Positions 9,905 to 21,169 of a DNA stretch of 64,000 bases are shown here, piece after piece. A program made the position numbers and the translations under genes. How positions within the stretch are numbered: the stretch's first letter is position 1; the number at the start of each line of letters is the position of its first letter. A model generated the notes under the pieces. The model made no database searches and was not told where the DNA came from. It saw only the letters and a list, made by a program, of their open reading frames with translations. The DNA is from an uncultured Candidatus Rokubacteria bacterium. GTDB lineage: Bacteria; Methylomirabilota; Methylomirabilia; Rokubacteriales; CSP1-6. The stretch is from positions 480,001-544,000 of the forward strand of contig CAWBMV010000001.1 of assembly GCA_963789955.1 (NCBI GenBank). Direction: 5' to 3'.

Positions 9905-10300
9905 ATGGCGATGGTGCCCGAGGGCTACCGTGATCTGCTGAGCAAGAAGTCGTTCGCCCACGTCGCGACGGTCGGCCGCGACGGCGCGCCGCAGGTGACG
10001 CCGGTGTGGATCGACTACGACGGCACCCACGTCCGGTTCAACACGGCCCGGGGACGGGTGAAGGACAAGAACCTCCAGCGCAATCCGAAGATCGCGCTCT
10101 CGATCCAGGATCCCGACAACCCGTACCGATACCTCCAGATCCGCGGGCGAGTCGTCGAGGTGACCGAGAAGGGAGCCGACGAGCACATCGACGCGCTCGC
10201 CAAGAAGTACACGGGTCAGGACCACTACGGTCACCGGCGTCCCGGTGAAGTCCGCATCACCGTCAAGGTCCTGCCCGAGAAGATCCAGAGCATGGGATGA
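9905..10300 (+). CDS. PPOX-class F420-dependent oxidoreductase / pyridoxamine 5'-phosphate oxidase family
   Basis: AHVATVGRDGAPQVTPVW, KDKNLQRNPKIALSI, HIDALAKKY; SD AAGGAG. Confidence 0.85.
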   Translation: MAMVPEGYRDLLSKKSFAHVATVGRDGAPQVTPVWIDYDGTHVRFNTARGRVKDKNLQRNPKIALSIQDPDNPYRYLQIRGRVVEVTEKGADEHIDALAKKYTGQDHYGHRRPGEVRITVKVLPEKIQSMG

Positions 10301-10331
10301 GCCTCGGCGAGTCTCGGAGTCGAGCGCGCGG

Positions 10332-12281
10332 ATGATCCAGGTCGAGGAGATCGCGAAGGGCTACGCGGGGCAGCCGATCCTTCGCGATCTGTCGTGGCGG
10401 ATTCCCGATCGCGAGCGGATCGGCCTGGTCGGCCCGAACGGTGCGGGGAAGACGACGCTCTGCCGGCTGCTGGCCGGCGTCGAGGAGCCGGACGCGGGGC
10501 GCATCGTCCGCCCGCGCGAGACGACGGTCGGCTATCTGCCGCAGGAGGCGGCGGGTCATCCCGAGGGATCGGTGCTCGCCGAGGTGCTGGCCGGCTTCGC
10601 GGACGTGTGGCAGGTCGAGCGCGAGATGGAAGACGTCGCCGCGCGCCTCGCCGGGGCGGCCGGCGCCGAGAGCGCGACGTTGACGGCGCGCTACGGCGAT
10701 CTGCAGCACCGCTTCGAGGCGCTCGGCGGCTATCGGCTCGAGACGGAAGCGAACGCGATCCTGAGCGGTCTCGGCTTCCGACCGTCGGATTTCGCGCGGC
10801 CGCTCAGCGAATTCTCGGGCGGCTGGCGGATGCGCGCCATGCTCGCGCGCCTGCTGCTACAGCGCCCGTCGTTGCTGCTGCTCGACGAGCCGACCAACCA
10901 TCTCGACATCGAGTCGCTGGAGTGGCTCGAGTCGTTCCTGGCCGACTACGAAGGCACGGTCGTCATCGTGTCGCACGACCGGTACTTCCTGAACCGAATG
11001 GTCACCTCGATCGCCGAGCTGGCGCCGACCGGGCTCACCGTCTATCCGGGCGACTACGACGAGTATCTGGTGCAGCGGCAGGCGCGGCGCGAGCTGCTCG
11101 AGGCACAGGCGCGCAACCAGGGCAAGCGCATCGCCGAGATCGAGCGCTTCATCGAGCGCTTTCGGTATCAGGCGAGCAAGGCGCGGCAGGTTCAGAGCCG
11201 CGTCAAGATGCTCGACCGTATCGAGCGCGTGGTGATCGAGGACGAGGCACGCGTGATCCGGTTCTCGTTTCCGCAGCCGCCGCGGACGGGGCGCCGGGTG
11301 GCGACGCTCGCGGGCATCCACAAGGCGTACGGCGACAACGTGGTGTACGCGGGCATCGATTTCGAGGTAGAGCGCGGCGCCAAGGTGGCGCTGGTCGGCC
11401 CGAACGGCGCGGGCAAGTCGACCTTGCTCAGGATGATGGCCGGCGCCCTGGCCTTCGACCGCGGTGAGCGCACGCTCGGCGCGCACGTCGCGGTCCACTA
11501 CTACGCGCAGCACCAGCTCGAGGCGCTGACGCCGACCTTGACGATTCTCGAAGAGCTGGAACGCGCGGCGCCCGAGCTCGGGCAGACCCGGCTCCGGACC
11601 ATCCTCGGCACGTTTCTGTTCTCGGGCGACGCGGTGGAGAAGAAGATCTCGGTGCTGTCGGGCGGCGAGAAGGCACGCGTCGCGCTGGCGAAGATGCTCG
11701 TGCGGCCGGCCGCGCTCCTCTGCATGGACGAGCCGACGAACCACCTCGACCTCGCGTCGCGCGAGGTGCTCGAGGCGGCGCTGGCCTCGTTCCCGGGGAC
11801 GATCGTCTTCATCTCCCATGACCGCTACTTCATCAATCGCATCGCGACTCAGGTCGTCGAGGTCACGCGCGGAACGCTCGTCACCTATCTCGGCAGCTAC
11901 GACGACTATCTCGACGCCAAGGCGCGCGCCGCGGCCGAGGCATCCGTCGCGCCGACGCCTCGCCCCCGGCCGGCTCCCGCGGCGCCGCCGCGCCCGGAGC
12001 CGGTCGCGCGCGCGGCGCGGCCGGACGCATCCAGGCGCACCGGCAAGGTCGCGAAGGACGTGCGCGAGCTGCGGCGACGCCTGGAGGACGTGGAGCGGCA
12101 GATCCACGCGCTCGAGGCGCGGCTGGCCGAGATCGGCGAGCGGCTCGGCGACCCGGCGTTCTACGCGGACGGCGAGCGCGTGCGCGCGGTGTCCGCGGAG
12201 CGCAAGAACGCCGAGGAGCAGGTCACGTGGCTCATGCGCGAGTGGGAGCAGCTGTCGACCGCGCTCGCCGCGCATGAGTGA
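10332..12281 (+). CDS. ABC-F family ribosome-associated ATPase (Uup/YheS-like)
   Basis: Two ABC domains (GPNGAGKT/S, FSGGW / LSGGE, LLLDEPTNHLD), no TM segments, C-terminal coiled coil. Confidence 0.92.
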   Translation: MIQVEEIAKGYAGQPILRDLSWRIPDRERIGLVGPNGAGKTTLCRLLAGVEEPDAGRIVRPRETTVGYLPQEAAGHPEGSVLAEVLAGFADVWQVEREMEDVAARLAGAAGAESATLTARYGDLQHRFEALGGYRLETEANAILSGLGFRPSDFARPLSEFSGGWRMRAMLARLLLQRPSLLLLDEPTNHLDIESLEWLESFLADYEGTVVIVSHDRYFLNRMVTSIAELAPTGLTVYPGDYDEYLVQRQARRELLEAQARNQGKRIAEIERFIERFRYQASKARQVQSRVKMLDRIERVVIEDEARVIRFSFPQPPRTGRRVATLAGIHKAYGDNVVYAGIDFEVERGAKVALVGPNGAGKSTLLRMMAGALAFDRGERTLGAHVAVHYYAQHQLEALTPTLTILEELERAAPELGQTRLRTILGTFLFSGDAVEKKISVLSGGEKARVALAKMLVRPAALLCMDEPTNHLDLASREVLEAALASFPGTIVFISHDRYFINRIATQVVEVTRGTLVTYLGSYDDYLDAKARAAAEASVAPTPRPRPAPAAPPRPEPVARAARPDASRRTGKVAKDVRELRRRLEDVERQIHALEARLAEIGERLGDPAFYADGERVRAVSAERKNAEEQVTWLMREWEQLSTALAAHE

Positions 12282-12579
12282 GTTCTACGCGCCCGTCGAT
12301 CCCGACCTCCTGCGTCGCGAGCGCGCGAAGGCGCGCGAGCTGCGGGCGAGCCAGTGGTGGAAGCGTCGCATCGCCGACGGCGTCTGCTACTACTGCCGGC
12401 GGCGCGTCGGCCATCGCGCGCTGACGATGGACCATCAAGTTCCGCTCGGGCGCGGTGGTCGATCGACGCGCGGCAACGTCGTTCCCTCCTGCAAGGAGTG
12501 CAACACCAACAAGAAGGCGCTGGTCCCGCTCGAGTGGCAGGCGTATCTCGAGCGGCTGCACGATTCCTCGACCGACTGA
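12274..12579 (+). CDS. Small stand-alone HNH endonuclease
   Basis: CYYC...LTMDHQVPLGRGG.STRGNVVPSCKECN. Confidence 0.88.
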   Translation: MSEFYAPVDPDLLRRERAKARELRASQWWKRRIADGVCYYCRRRVGHRALTMDHQVPLGRGGRSTRGNVVPSCKECNTNKKALVPLEWQAYLERLHDSSTD

Positions 12580-12705
12580 CCCGTATCTTCCGCGCGTGTC
12601 CGAATGATTGGACGTTGACGCGTTCCGCCGACGGCGGGTTCAATGGTTTTCGCTCGCGAGCGCTCGAGTGAAATGCCGTGCACCCCGAACGAAGGAGGAA
12701 CGCTC

Positions 12706-13023
12706 ATGAATCGTGTTCGTGTCTCGATCGTCGCGCTGCTCGTCGCGCTCGGATCGCCGGCGTCGTGGTCGGCGAGCGCTGCGCCGCCGTCACACACCGG
12801 AGCGACGACGACGTCCGCGCCGGACGCGGCGCCGGTCAACATCAACACCGCGGACGTCAAGGAGCTGATGAAGCTCGAAGGCGTCGGCCGGCGTGTCGCC
12901 GAGAAGATCGTCGAGTACCGCGACACGCACGGGCCGTTCAAGAAGCCGGACGAGCTCCGGAAGGTCGAAGGCGTCGGCAACGGACTGTGGGAACGGAATC
13001 GCACGCGGATCGTGATCAAGTAG
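12706..13023 (+). CDS. comEA: ComEA-family helix-hairpin-helix DNA-binding protein with signal peptide
   Basis: VNINTADVKELMKLEGVGRRVAEKIVEYRDTHGPFKKPDELRKVEGVG; SD AAGGAGG. Confidence 0.85.
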   Translation: MNRVRVSIVALLVALGSPASWSASAAPPSHTGATTTSAPDAAPVNINTADVKELMKLEGVGRRVAEKIVEYRDTHGPFKKPDELRKVEGVGNGLWERNRTRIVIK

Positions 13024-13079
13024 CGGGGTTCGGCACTTTGTACTTTGGATCACGACCGACCCGGGTGTAGGATTGGGCT

Positions 13080-13423
13080 AAATCGACCGGGACGTCACAG
13101 CGTTCCAGTAGCGTCCCCGCCGACAATTACGCCGGCGGCTGACGTGGTCGAGCCCCGGGCCGGGAGTCGGCATCCGGTTCTGGGTGGGTGGGAACTGGGC
13201 CCGCGTGGCGGCCTTGCCGAGAATAGGAGGTGATCCAGCCGATGTGTAACCCTACGGTGATCTGTGAGGTGGTTGCCTCCTAGGCAGGGTCCACGCTAGC
13301 TCGGGTGGAACGCCTGGGAGTCCAGGCGCCACCGGCCCCGACGGTCCCGCTTTCACCAGCGGGGCGGCGCGACGCGCGAGTGAAAGCAGTACGCGCCGCA
13401 GCCTCCGTCGGGGCTTTTCTTTT
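13080..13423 (+). ncRNA. Candidate structured RNA / micro-peptide transcript carrying an extended complement to the 16S rRNA 3' end
   Basis: Promoter-like TTGGAT-N17-TAGGAT at 13045-13073; consecutive hairpins; AGGAGGTGATCCAGCCG at 13225-13241; terminal 10-bp stem 13335-13344/13405-13414 followed by TTTTCTTTT. It lacks tmRNA, RNase P and SRP hallmarks. Confidence 0.55.
13242..13283 (+). CDS. 13-aa micro-ORF MCNPTVICEVVAS
   Basis: ATG immediately follows the 17-nt extended SD; TAG at 13281-13283. Confidence 0.4.
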   Translation: MCNPTVICEVVAS

Positions 13424-13531
13424 ATGAGGGGAGGAGACCCCCCTCATGCTCCCCGGCTCTCCTCGCGACGCACGACTCGCGACGCGCCGGCTCTCGGAGC
13501 GCGAGCGCTCCCGGCCGGCTGGTGGTTGGCG

Positions 13532-13558
13532 TGAGCCGGGCAGGAAGTGCCCGGCTCA
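13532..13558 (-). terminator. Hairpin downstream of the cold-shock operon
   Basis: TGAGCCGGGCA / TGCCCGGCTCA 11-bp inverted repeat about 15 nt past the csp stop. Confidence 0.55.
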
Positions 13559-13573
13559 TCGCAGCGTGGCGAG

Positions 13574-13774
13574 CTAGGCTTTCCGGACGTTGGCGGCCTG
13601 GAGGCCCTTCGGGCCCCGGGTCACCTCGAACTCGACGCGATCACCCTCGGTGAGGCTCTTGAAACCCTGAGCCTGGATGGCGCTGAAGTGAACGAAGACG
13701 TCCTCGCCACCCTCTTGCGTGATGAATCCGAAGCCCTTCGCGTCGTTGAACCACTTCACTGTTCCCTGTGCCAT
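13574..13774 (-). CDS. cspA: Cold-shock protein (CspA family), copy 2
   Basis: [18 protein letters not shown]...DVFVHFSAI...[10 protein letters not shown]. Confidence 0.96.
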   Translation of the reverse strand: MAQGTVKWFNDAKGFGFITQEGGEDVFVHFSAIQAQGFKSLTEGDRVEFEVTRGPKGLQAANVRKA

Positions 13775-13802
13775 GACGTGTCCTCTTTCTGTGTTGTGGA
13801 GC

Positions 13803-15014
13803 CTAGGCTCCGGTGATCCCGGCTCCGATCGCCGGGGTGATGCGCGCTGCACGCCGTCCCGAGGCCTGATCCCCGTCGGCCGAGGCGCGAGTCAAAATTG
13901 CATGTCCCAGATGTCGCTCGATCACGCGCAGCTGCTCGCGCTCCTCGGGCGCCGCGAAGCTCGTGGCTCGGCCGCTTGCCTCGGCGCGCGCGGTCCGGCC
14001 GATGCGGTGAATGTAGTCCTCGGCCGTGTGTGGCAGATCGAAGTTCACGACGTGCGCGATCTCGGGGACGTCGATCCCGCGCGCCGCGATGTCGGTGGCG
14101 ATCAAGATGCGATAGCGACCACTCCGGAATCCGTCGAGCGCCTCACGGCGTTGCGACATCGAGCGATCCGCGTGCAGGCGCGTCACGCGATGGCCGGCCG
14201 CGCCCACGGCCCGTGCCACCCGGTCGGCGCGATGCTTGGTGCGTGTGAACACGAGCGTGCGGCCGTGCTCCTCGCCGAGAAGCTTCAGGAGGAGCGGCGT
14301 CTTGTCCTGTGTCGGCGCCTTGTAGAGATGCTGCGTGACTTTCGCGACGGGCTTCGCAATCGTGCCCACCTCGATCCTCACGGGACGCACCAGATGGCGG
14401 CGGACCAGGGTCTCGACCGCGGGCGGCATCGTCGCGGAGAAGCAGAGCGTCTGCCGGTCGAGGGGAGTGACGCGCAGGATCCGCTCGACCTGCGGCGCGA
14501 AGCCCATGTCGAGCATGCGGTCGGCTTCGTCGAGAACGACGATGCGGACGGCCCCGAGGCTGAGCGACCGGCGCTCGAGATGATCGGCGAGCCGGCCGGG
14601 AGTCGCCACGATGACGTCCGGCCGCTTCTGGAGCCCGGAGAGCTGCGGCCCCATCGACTCGCCGCCGATGAGAACGAGCGTGCGGACGCCCTGGGCGCCG
14701 CCGAGCATGACGAACGTCTCGGCGATTTGAAGCGCGAGCTCGCGCGTCGGCGCGAGCACGAGCGCACGCGGCCCGGCGCCGGTGCGCTGCGCGAGCGGGG
14801 AATCCGTACGCGTGAGGCGCTCGAGCATCGGGATCGCGAACGCGGCCGTCTTGCCGGTCCCGGTTTGAGCGCAGCCGATCACATCGCGGCCGTCGAGAAT
14901 TGGCTCGATGGTCTTGGCCTGAATCGGGGTTGGCGTCAGATAGCCGGCGCGGGCAATCGCGTCGCACATGGCCGGCGTGAGCAGAGAATCAGTATCCGTA
15001 AACGAACAGAACAT
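13803..15014 (-). CDS. DEAD-box RNA helicase (RhlE-like)
   Basis: [38 protein letters not shown] motifs. Confidence 0.95.
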   Translation of the reverse strand: MFCSFTDTDSLLTPAMCDAIARAGYLTPTPIQAKTIEPILDGRDVIGCAQTGTGKTAAFAIPMLERLTRTDSPLAQRTGAGPRALVLAPTRELALQIAETFVMLGGAQGVRTLVLIGGESMGPQLSGLQKRPDVIVATPGRLADHLERRSLSLGAVRIVVLDEADRMLDMGFAPQVERILRVTPLDRQTLCFSATMPPAVETLVRRHLVRPVRIEVGTIAKPVAKVTQHLYKAPTQDKTPLLLKLLGEEHGRTLVFTRTKHRADRVARAVGAAGHRVTRLHADRSMSQRREALDGFRSGRYRILIATDIAARGIDVPEIAHVVNFDLPHTAEDYIHRIGRTARAEASGRATSFAAPEEREQLRVIERHLGHAILTRASADGDQASGRRAARITPAIGAGITGA

Positions 15015-15101
15015 GAGGATGGAACACCTTTCTGAGTTGCCTCTGTGTTGGGCACCCGGGCCCGTCGCCGAGCCCGGGCGGGAGTAAACAGGGTAGGGTT
15101 A

Positions 15102-15302
15102 CTAGACCTTCCTGACGTTGGCTGCCTGAAGACCCTTCGGACCGCGCGTCACCTCGAACTCGACCCGATCACCTTCCGCAAGACTCTTGAACCCCTGGGC
15201 TTGAATGGCGCTGTAATGGACGAACACGTCCTCGCCGCCCTCCTGCGTGATAAATCCATATCCCTTTGCATCGTTGAACCACTTTACTTGTCCTTGAGCC
15301 AT
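15102..15302 (-). CDS. cspA: Cold-shock protein (CspA family), copy 1
   Basis: [18 protein letters not shown]...[15 protein letters not shown] upstream. Confidence 0.96.
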   Translation of the reverse strand: MAQGQVKWFNDAKGYGFITQEGGEDVFVHYSAIQAQGFKSLAEGDRVEFEVTRGPKGLQAANVRKV

Positions 15303-15476
15303 ACCTCGGACCTCTCTTTAGGGGGTCTTCAAGCCCCTGTGCTCCCGCCATCGTGGCGGGGTTGCCCTCCGGGATTGGGGGGCAAACAAAAACGCCGCGG
15401 GGACTGGGCCCGCGCGGCGTGTGTCTCGATCTATCACAATCGTTACCTGACTCCGTCTTTGCCAGAACCGGCGAGA

Positions 15477-15505
15477 AGAATGACATGCACCTGAACGGAA
15501 GTCAA
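15477..15505 (-). promoter_or_regulatory. Candidate sigma70 promoter for the csp operon, giving a ~170-nt 5' UTR
   Basis: Minus strand TTGACT-N17-CATTCT with TGn extension. Confidence 0.55.
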
Positions 15506-15514
15506 TCGAATTTA

Positions 15515-17988
<2,474 letters not shown>

Positions 17989-18021
17989 CAGGTTCGTAGC
18001 CGTCTCGCAGGGGGTCGGAAG

Positions 18022-18858
18022 GTGAAGATTCGGAAGGTCGTACTGCTCGGCTCCCTGGTGGCCGCTTGCCTCGTGCTGCTCACGCTCCAGACGCGCGGAT
18101 ACGGCTCGGCGGCCGGCGACATCTTCGCCGTCGTCACCGCGCCCATCCAGACCGGGCTCGCGAAGGCGAGCCGCGCCACCTTCGGCCTCTGGACGACCTA
18201 CCTCGACTGGAAAAATGTTCGCGCCGAGAACCGGCGGCTCCGCGAGGAAGTGCAGGAGCTGCGTGTCCAGTCGCTGCGCGTGAGCGAAACGGACGACGAG
18301 AATCGCCGGCTGCGGCGGTTGCTCGCGCTGCAGGAACAGCTGCCGCTGACGACCTTGTCCGGAGAGATCATCGCTCGCGAGTGGGGCGGCTGGATCCGGT
18401 CGCTCACCGTCAACCGCGGTCGGGGGGACAACGTCCCGCGCCTGACCGCGGTGATCTCGCCCAACGGTCTCATCGGCCGCGTCGTCGACGTCCGGCCGGG
18501 CGCGTCGATCGTGCAGGTGCTGACCGACCCGACGTCGACCGTGGGCGCCCACGTGCTGAGAACGCGGACGCCGGGCATCGTCGAGGGCGATCCGCGCGGC
18601 ACGTTGCGGTTCAAGTTCATGGCGCGTGACGGCGCGTCGATCCAGAACGGCGACGTGCTCGTGACCGCCGGGCAGGGTGGACTCTTCCCGCGTGGCATCC
18701 CGATCGGGACCGTGCGCTCGATCGACAATCGCGGCGCCGCGCTCTTTCACTATGCTGAGCTGACGCCGGCCGTGGACTTCGCGCGGGTTGACGAGGTCCT
18801 GCTGGTGACGGGCGACTCGCAACGCGATCTCACCGCGTACTTCCCGACGGGTGGGTGA
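18022..18858 (+). CDS. mreC: Rod shape-determining protein MreC
   Basis: N-terminal TM, coiled coil ENRRLRRLL, GLIGRV, GDVLVTAG.GGLFPRGIPIG; position after mreB. Confidence 0.93.
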   Translation: MKIRKVVLLGSLVAACLVLLTLQTRGYGSAAGDIFAVVTAPIQTGLAKASRATFGLWTTYLDWKNVRAENRRLREEVQELRVQSLRVSETDDENRRLRRLLALQEQLPLTTLSGEIIAREWGGWIRSLTVNRGRGDNVPRLTAVISPNGLIGRVVDVRPGASIVQVLTDPTSTVGAHVLRTRTPGIVEGDPRGTLRFKFMARDGASIQNGDVLVTAGQGGLFPRGIPIGTVRSIDNRGAALFHYAELTPAVDFARVDEVLLVTGDSQRDLTAYFPTGG

Positions 18859-19358
18859 TGCGCGCCCTGCTGATCCTGACGGTGGCCGGAGGCTCGGTCG
18901 CGCACGCGACCCTGACCCCGCTCGTCAGCATCGCGGGCGTGACGCCGGACGTGCCGCTGATCATGGTCGTCCTGCTCGCGCTGCGTCGCGGCCCCGAGTT
19001 CGGGTGTATGACCGGCTTCGTCACGGGGTTGCTCCAGGACGCGGCCGGGGGCGGCTTGATCGGCGTTCAGGCTCTGACCAAGGCGGTGATCGGTTTCGTG
19101 ATCGGCGTCGCCGGCGGCCGGCTCCGGGTGAGCCAGCCGCTGGTCCAGGTGCCCGGGCTCGTGGTGTTGACGATCGTCGAAGGCCTCGCGCGCTTTGCGC
19201 TCCTGCAGATCTTCCGCTTCCCGGTGCCGTTCGGTGAGCTCATGACCTATGTCGTGCTCCCGCAGGCGTTGTGCAACGGGTTCGTCGGCGCCGCCTTCGT
19301 GCTGGCGATGGCCTGGGCGCAGACCCTGCGCGACCACTTCGAGGGCAGCCGGCCGTGA
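18858..19358 (+). CDS. mreD: Rod shape-determining protein MreD
   Basis: Hydrophobic protein with PDVPLI and GFVTGLLQD; operon position. Confidence 0.88.
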   Translation: MRALLILTVAGGSVAHATLTPLVSIAGVTPDVPLIMVVLLALRRGPEFGCMTGFVTGLLQDAAGGGLIGVQALTKAVIGFVIGVAGGRLRVSQPLVQVPGLVVLTIVEGLARFALLQIFRFPVPFGELMTYVVLPQALCNGFVGAAFVLAMAWAQTLRDHFEGSRP

Positions 19359-21169
19359 CCACCACTCGCCGATCGCTGCCCCGTCGCGACGCCAGCCACC
19401 GGCGCGTCATGGTGATCGCCACCTCGGTGGTGTTCGCCTTCCTCGTGCTCATCGGCCAGCTCTGGTACCTCCAGGTGCTCGAGGGCGGCCGGTTCCTGGA
19501 CGCGTCGGACAAGAATCGGATCCGCGTTCGCCCGATCGCGGCGCCGCGCGGGATCCTGTTCGATCGCCACGGGATGCCGCTGGTCGACAATCGCCCGGCC
19601 TTCACGCTCTCGTTCATCCCCCGCGAGCTGCCGCGTGACGATGAGAGCCGTGACGCCGTGCTCGGCCGCGTGGCCTCGCTGCTCCACATCCCCTATGCGG
19701 ATCTGACGGACGCGGTGGCGCGCGTGCCGTCCGACTCGCTCCTGCCGGTGCGGGTACGGCGCGGCCTGACGCTCGCGGACGTCGCGAAGATCGAGGAGTG
19801 GAAGCTCGAGCTCCCGGGGGTCATCACGGAGGTCGAGCCGCAGCGCGTCTATCCGTCGAGCCGCTTCGCCGCGCATCTGCTCGGCTACGTCCGTGAAGCC
19901 AACGACGAGCAGCTCAAGCAGGGGCGCTACCGGCGCGGCGACATGGTCGGGCAGAGCGGCCTCGAGCGCCTGCTCGACGAGTACCTGCGCGGGCAAGACG
20001 GCGGCGAGCGCATCGAGGTCGACGCGATGGGCCGGCCGGTCCGCCGCGTGCAGGCCACGGAGCCCCACTCCGGCGCGCAGGTGATCACCACGATCGATCG
20101 CGGCATCCAGGAGGCCGCCGAGCGCGCGATGGAAGGTCTCGCCGGCGCGGTCGTGGTCATGGATCCGCGTAACGGCGACGTGCTCGCAATGGTGTCGACG
20201 CCGGCCTTCGAGCTCGATCGGTTCACGGGCACGATCGATCGCGACGCATGGCTGCGCGTGGTGCAGGATCCGAACTTCCCGCTCCTGAACCGTACGATCC
20301 AGACCCAGTACGCGCCGGGCTCCGTGTTCAAGATCCTCGTCTCGGCGGCGGGGCTGCAGGAAGGCAGCATCACCCCGCTCGACCGGAGCTATTGCAACGG
20401 CGAGTTCCATCTGGGCACGTCGACGTTCAAGGACTGGAAGGAAGGCGGCCACGGCACGGTCGACCTCCATCACGCGATCGCGCAGTCCTGCAACATCTTC
20501 TTCTATGAGGCCGGGCTCAAGATCGGCGGCGCGCAGATCGTCCGGTACGCGAACATGTTCGGGTTCGGGCAGCCGACCGCGATCGACCTCCCCGGCGAGA
20601 AGGCCGGGCTCCTGCCGAAGCCCCAGGTGGTGCGCGGGCGCGCCGGGAAAGTATTCCTGCCCGGTGAGACGGTCAACATGTCGATCGGACAGGGCACGGT
20701 GCTGGTGACGCCGATGCAGATCGCGCGGTTCATGGCGGCGGTCGCCAACGGCGGCGTGCTCTGGCGGCCGCGGCTCGTGCAGCGGGTCGAGCGTCCGGAT
20801 CGCGTCGTCTGGAGCGACCAGGGCCAGGTCTCCGGCCACGTCGATCTGTCGCCGGTGGTGTGGGCGTTCCTCCGCCAGAGCCTCTGGGCGGTCGTCAACG
20901 ACAACGGGACGGGCGCGGCGGCGCGGATTCCCGGGCTCGACATCGCGGGCAAGACCGGGACGGCGCAGATGATCGCCAAGTCCAAGGCCGAGAAGGGTCA
21001 GGACCACGCGTGGTTCGCCTCGTTCGCGCCCGCGAAGGCGCCGGAGGTGGTCGTCGTCGTGCTCGTGGAGCGAGGCGGTAAGGGCGGCCAGGTCGCGGCG
21101 CCCATCGCCCGGAAGATCCTGAACGCGATCTTCTTCGAGAAGATCGCCTCGGTGGAGATCGCCGGCTAG
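19355..21169 (+). CDS. mrdA: Penicillin-binding protein 2
   Basis: APRGILFDR, SxxK (PGSVFK), SCN, KTGTAQ. Confidence 0.95.
   Translation: MTTTRRSLPRRDASHRRVMVIATSVVFAFLVLIGQLWYLQVLEGGRFLDASDKNRIRVRPIAAPRGILFDRHGMPLVDNRPAFTLSFIPRELPRDDESRDAVLGRVASLLHIPYADLTDAVARVPSDSLLPVRVRRGLTLADVAKIEEWKLELPGVITEVEPQRVYPSSRFAAHLLGYVREANDEQLKQGRYRRGDMVGQSGLERLLDEYLRGQDGGERIEVDAMGRPVRRVQATEPHSGAQVITTIDRGIQEAAERAMEGLAGAVVVMDPRNGDVLAMVSTPAFELDRFTGTIDRDAWLRVVQDPNFPLLNRTIQTQYAPGSVFKILVSAAGLQEGSITPLDRSYCNGEFHLGTSTFKDWKEGGHGTVDLHHAIAQSCNIFFYEAGLKIGGAQIVRYANMFGFGQPTAIDLPGEKAGLLPKPQVVRGRAGKVFLPGETVNMSIGQGTVLVTPMQIARFMAAVANGGVLWRPRLVQRVERPDRVVWSDQGQVSGHVDLSPVVWAFLRQSLWAVVNDNGTGAAARIPGLDIAGKTGTAQMIAKSKAEKGQDHAWFASFAPAKAPEVVVVVLVERGGKGGQVAAPIARKILNAIFFEKIASVEIAG

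Noticed and set aside
12274..13023. HNH plus ComEA as a defence or mobile module
   Set aside because: Both have core-like codon use, there are no mobility genes nearby, and each is a common stand-alone gene.
13080..13423. tmRNA, RNase P RNA, SRP RNA or a real 16S rRNA gene
   Set aside because: No tRNA-like acceptor/T-arm ending in CCA, no GAGGAAAGTCC, no SRP GGAA-loop core. 16S similarity is confined to about 33 nt.
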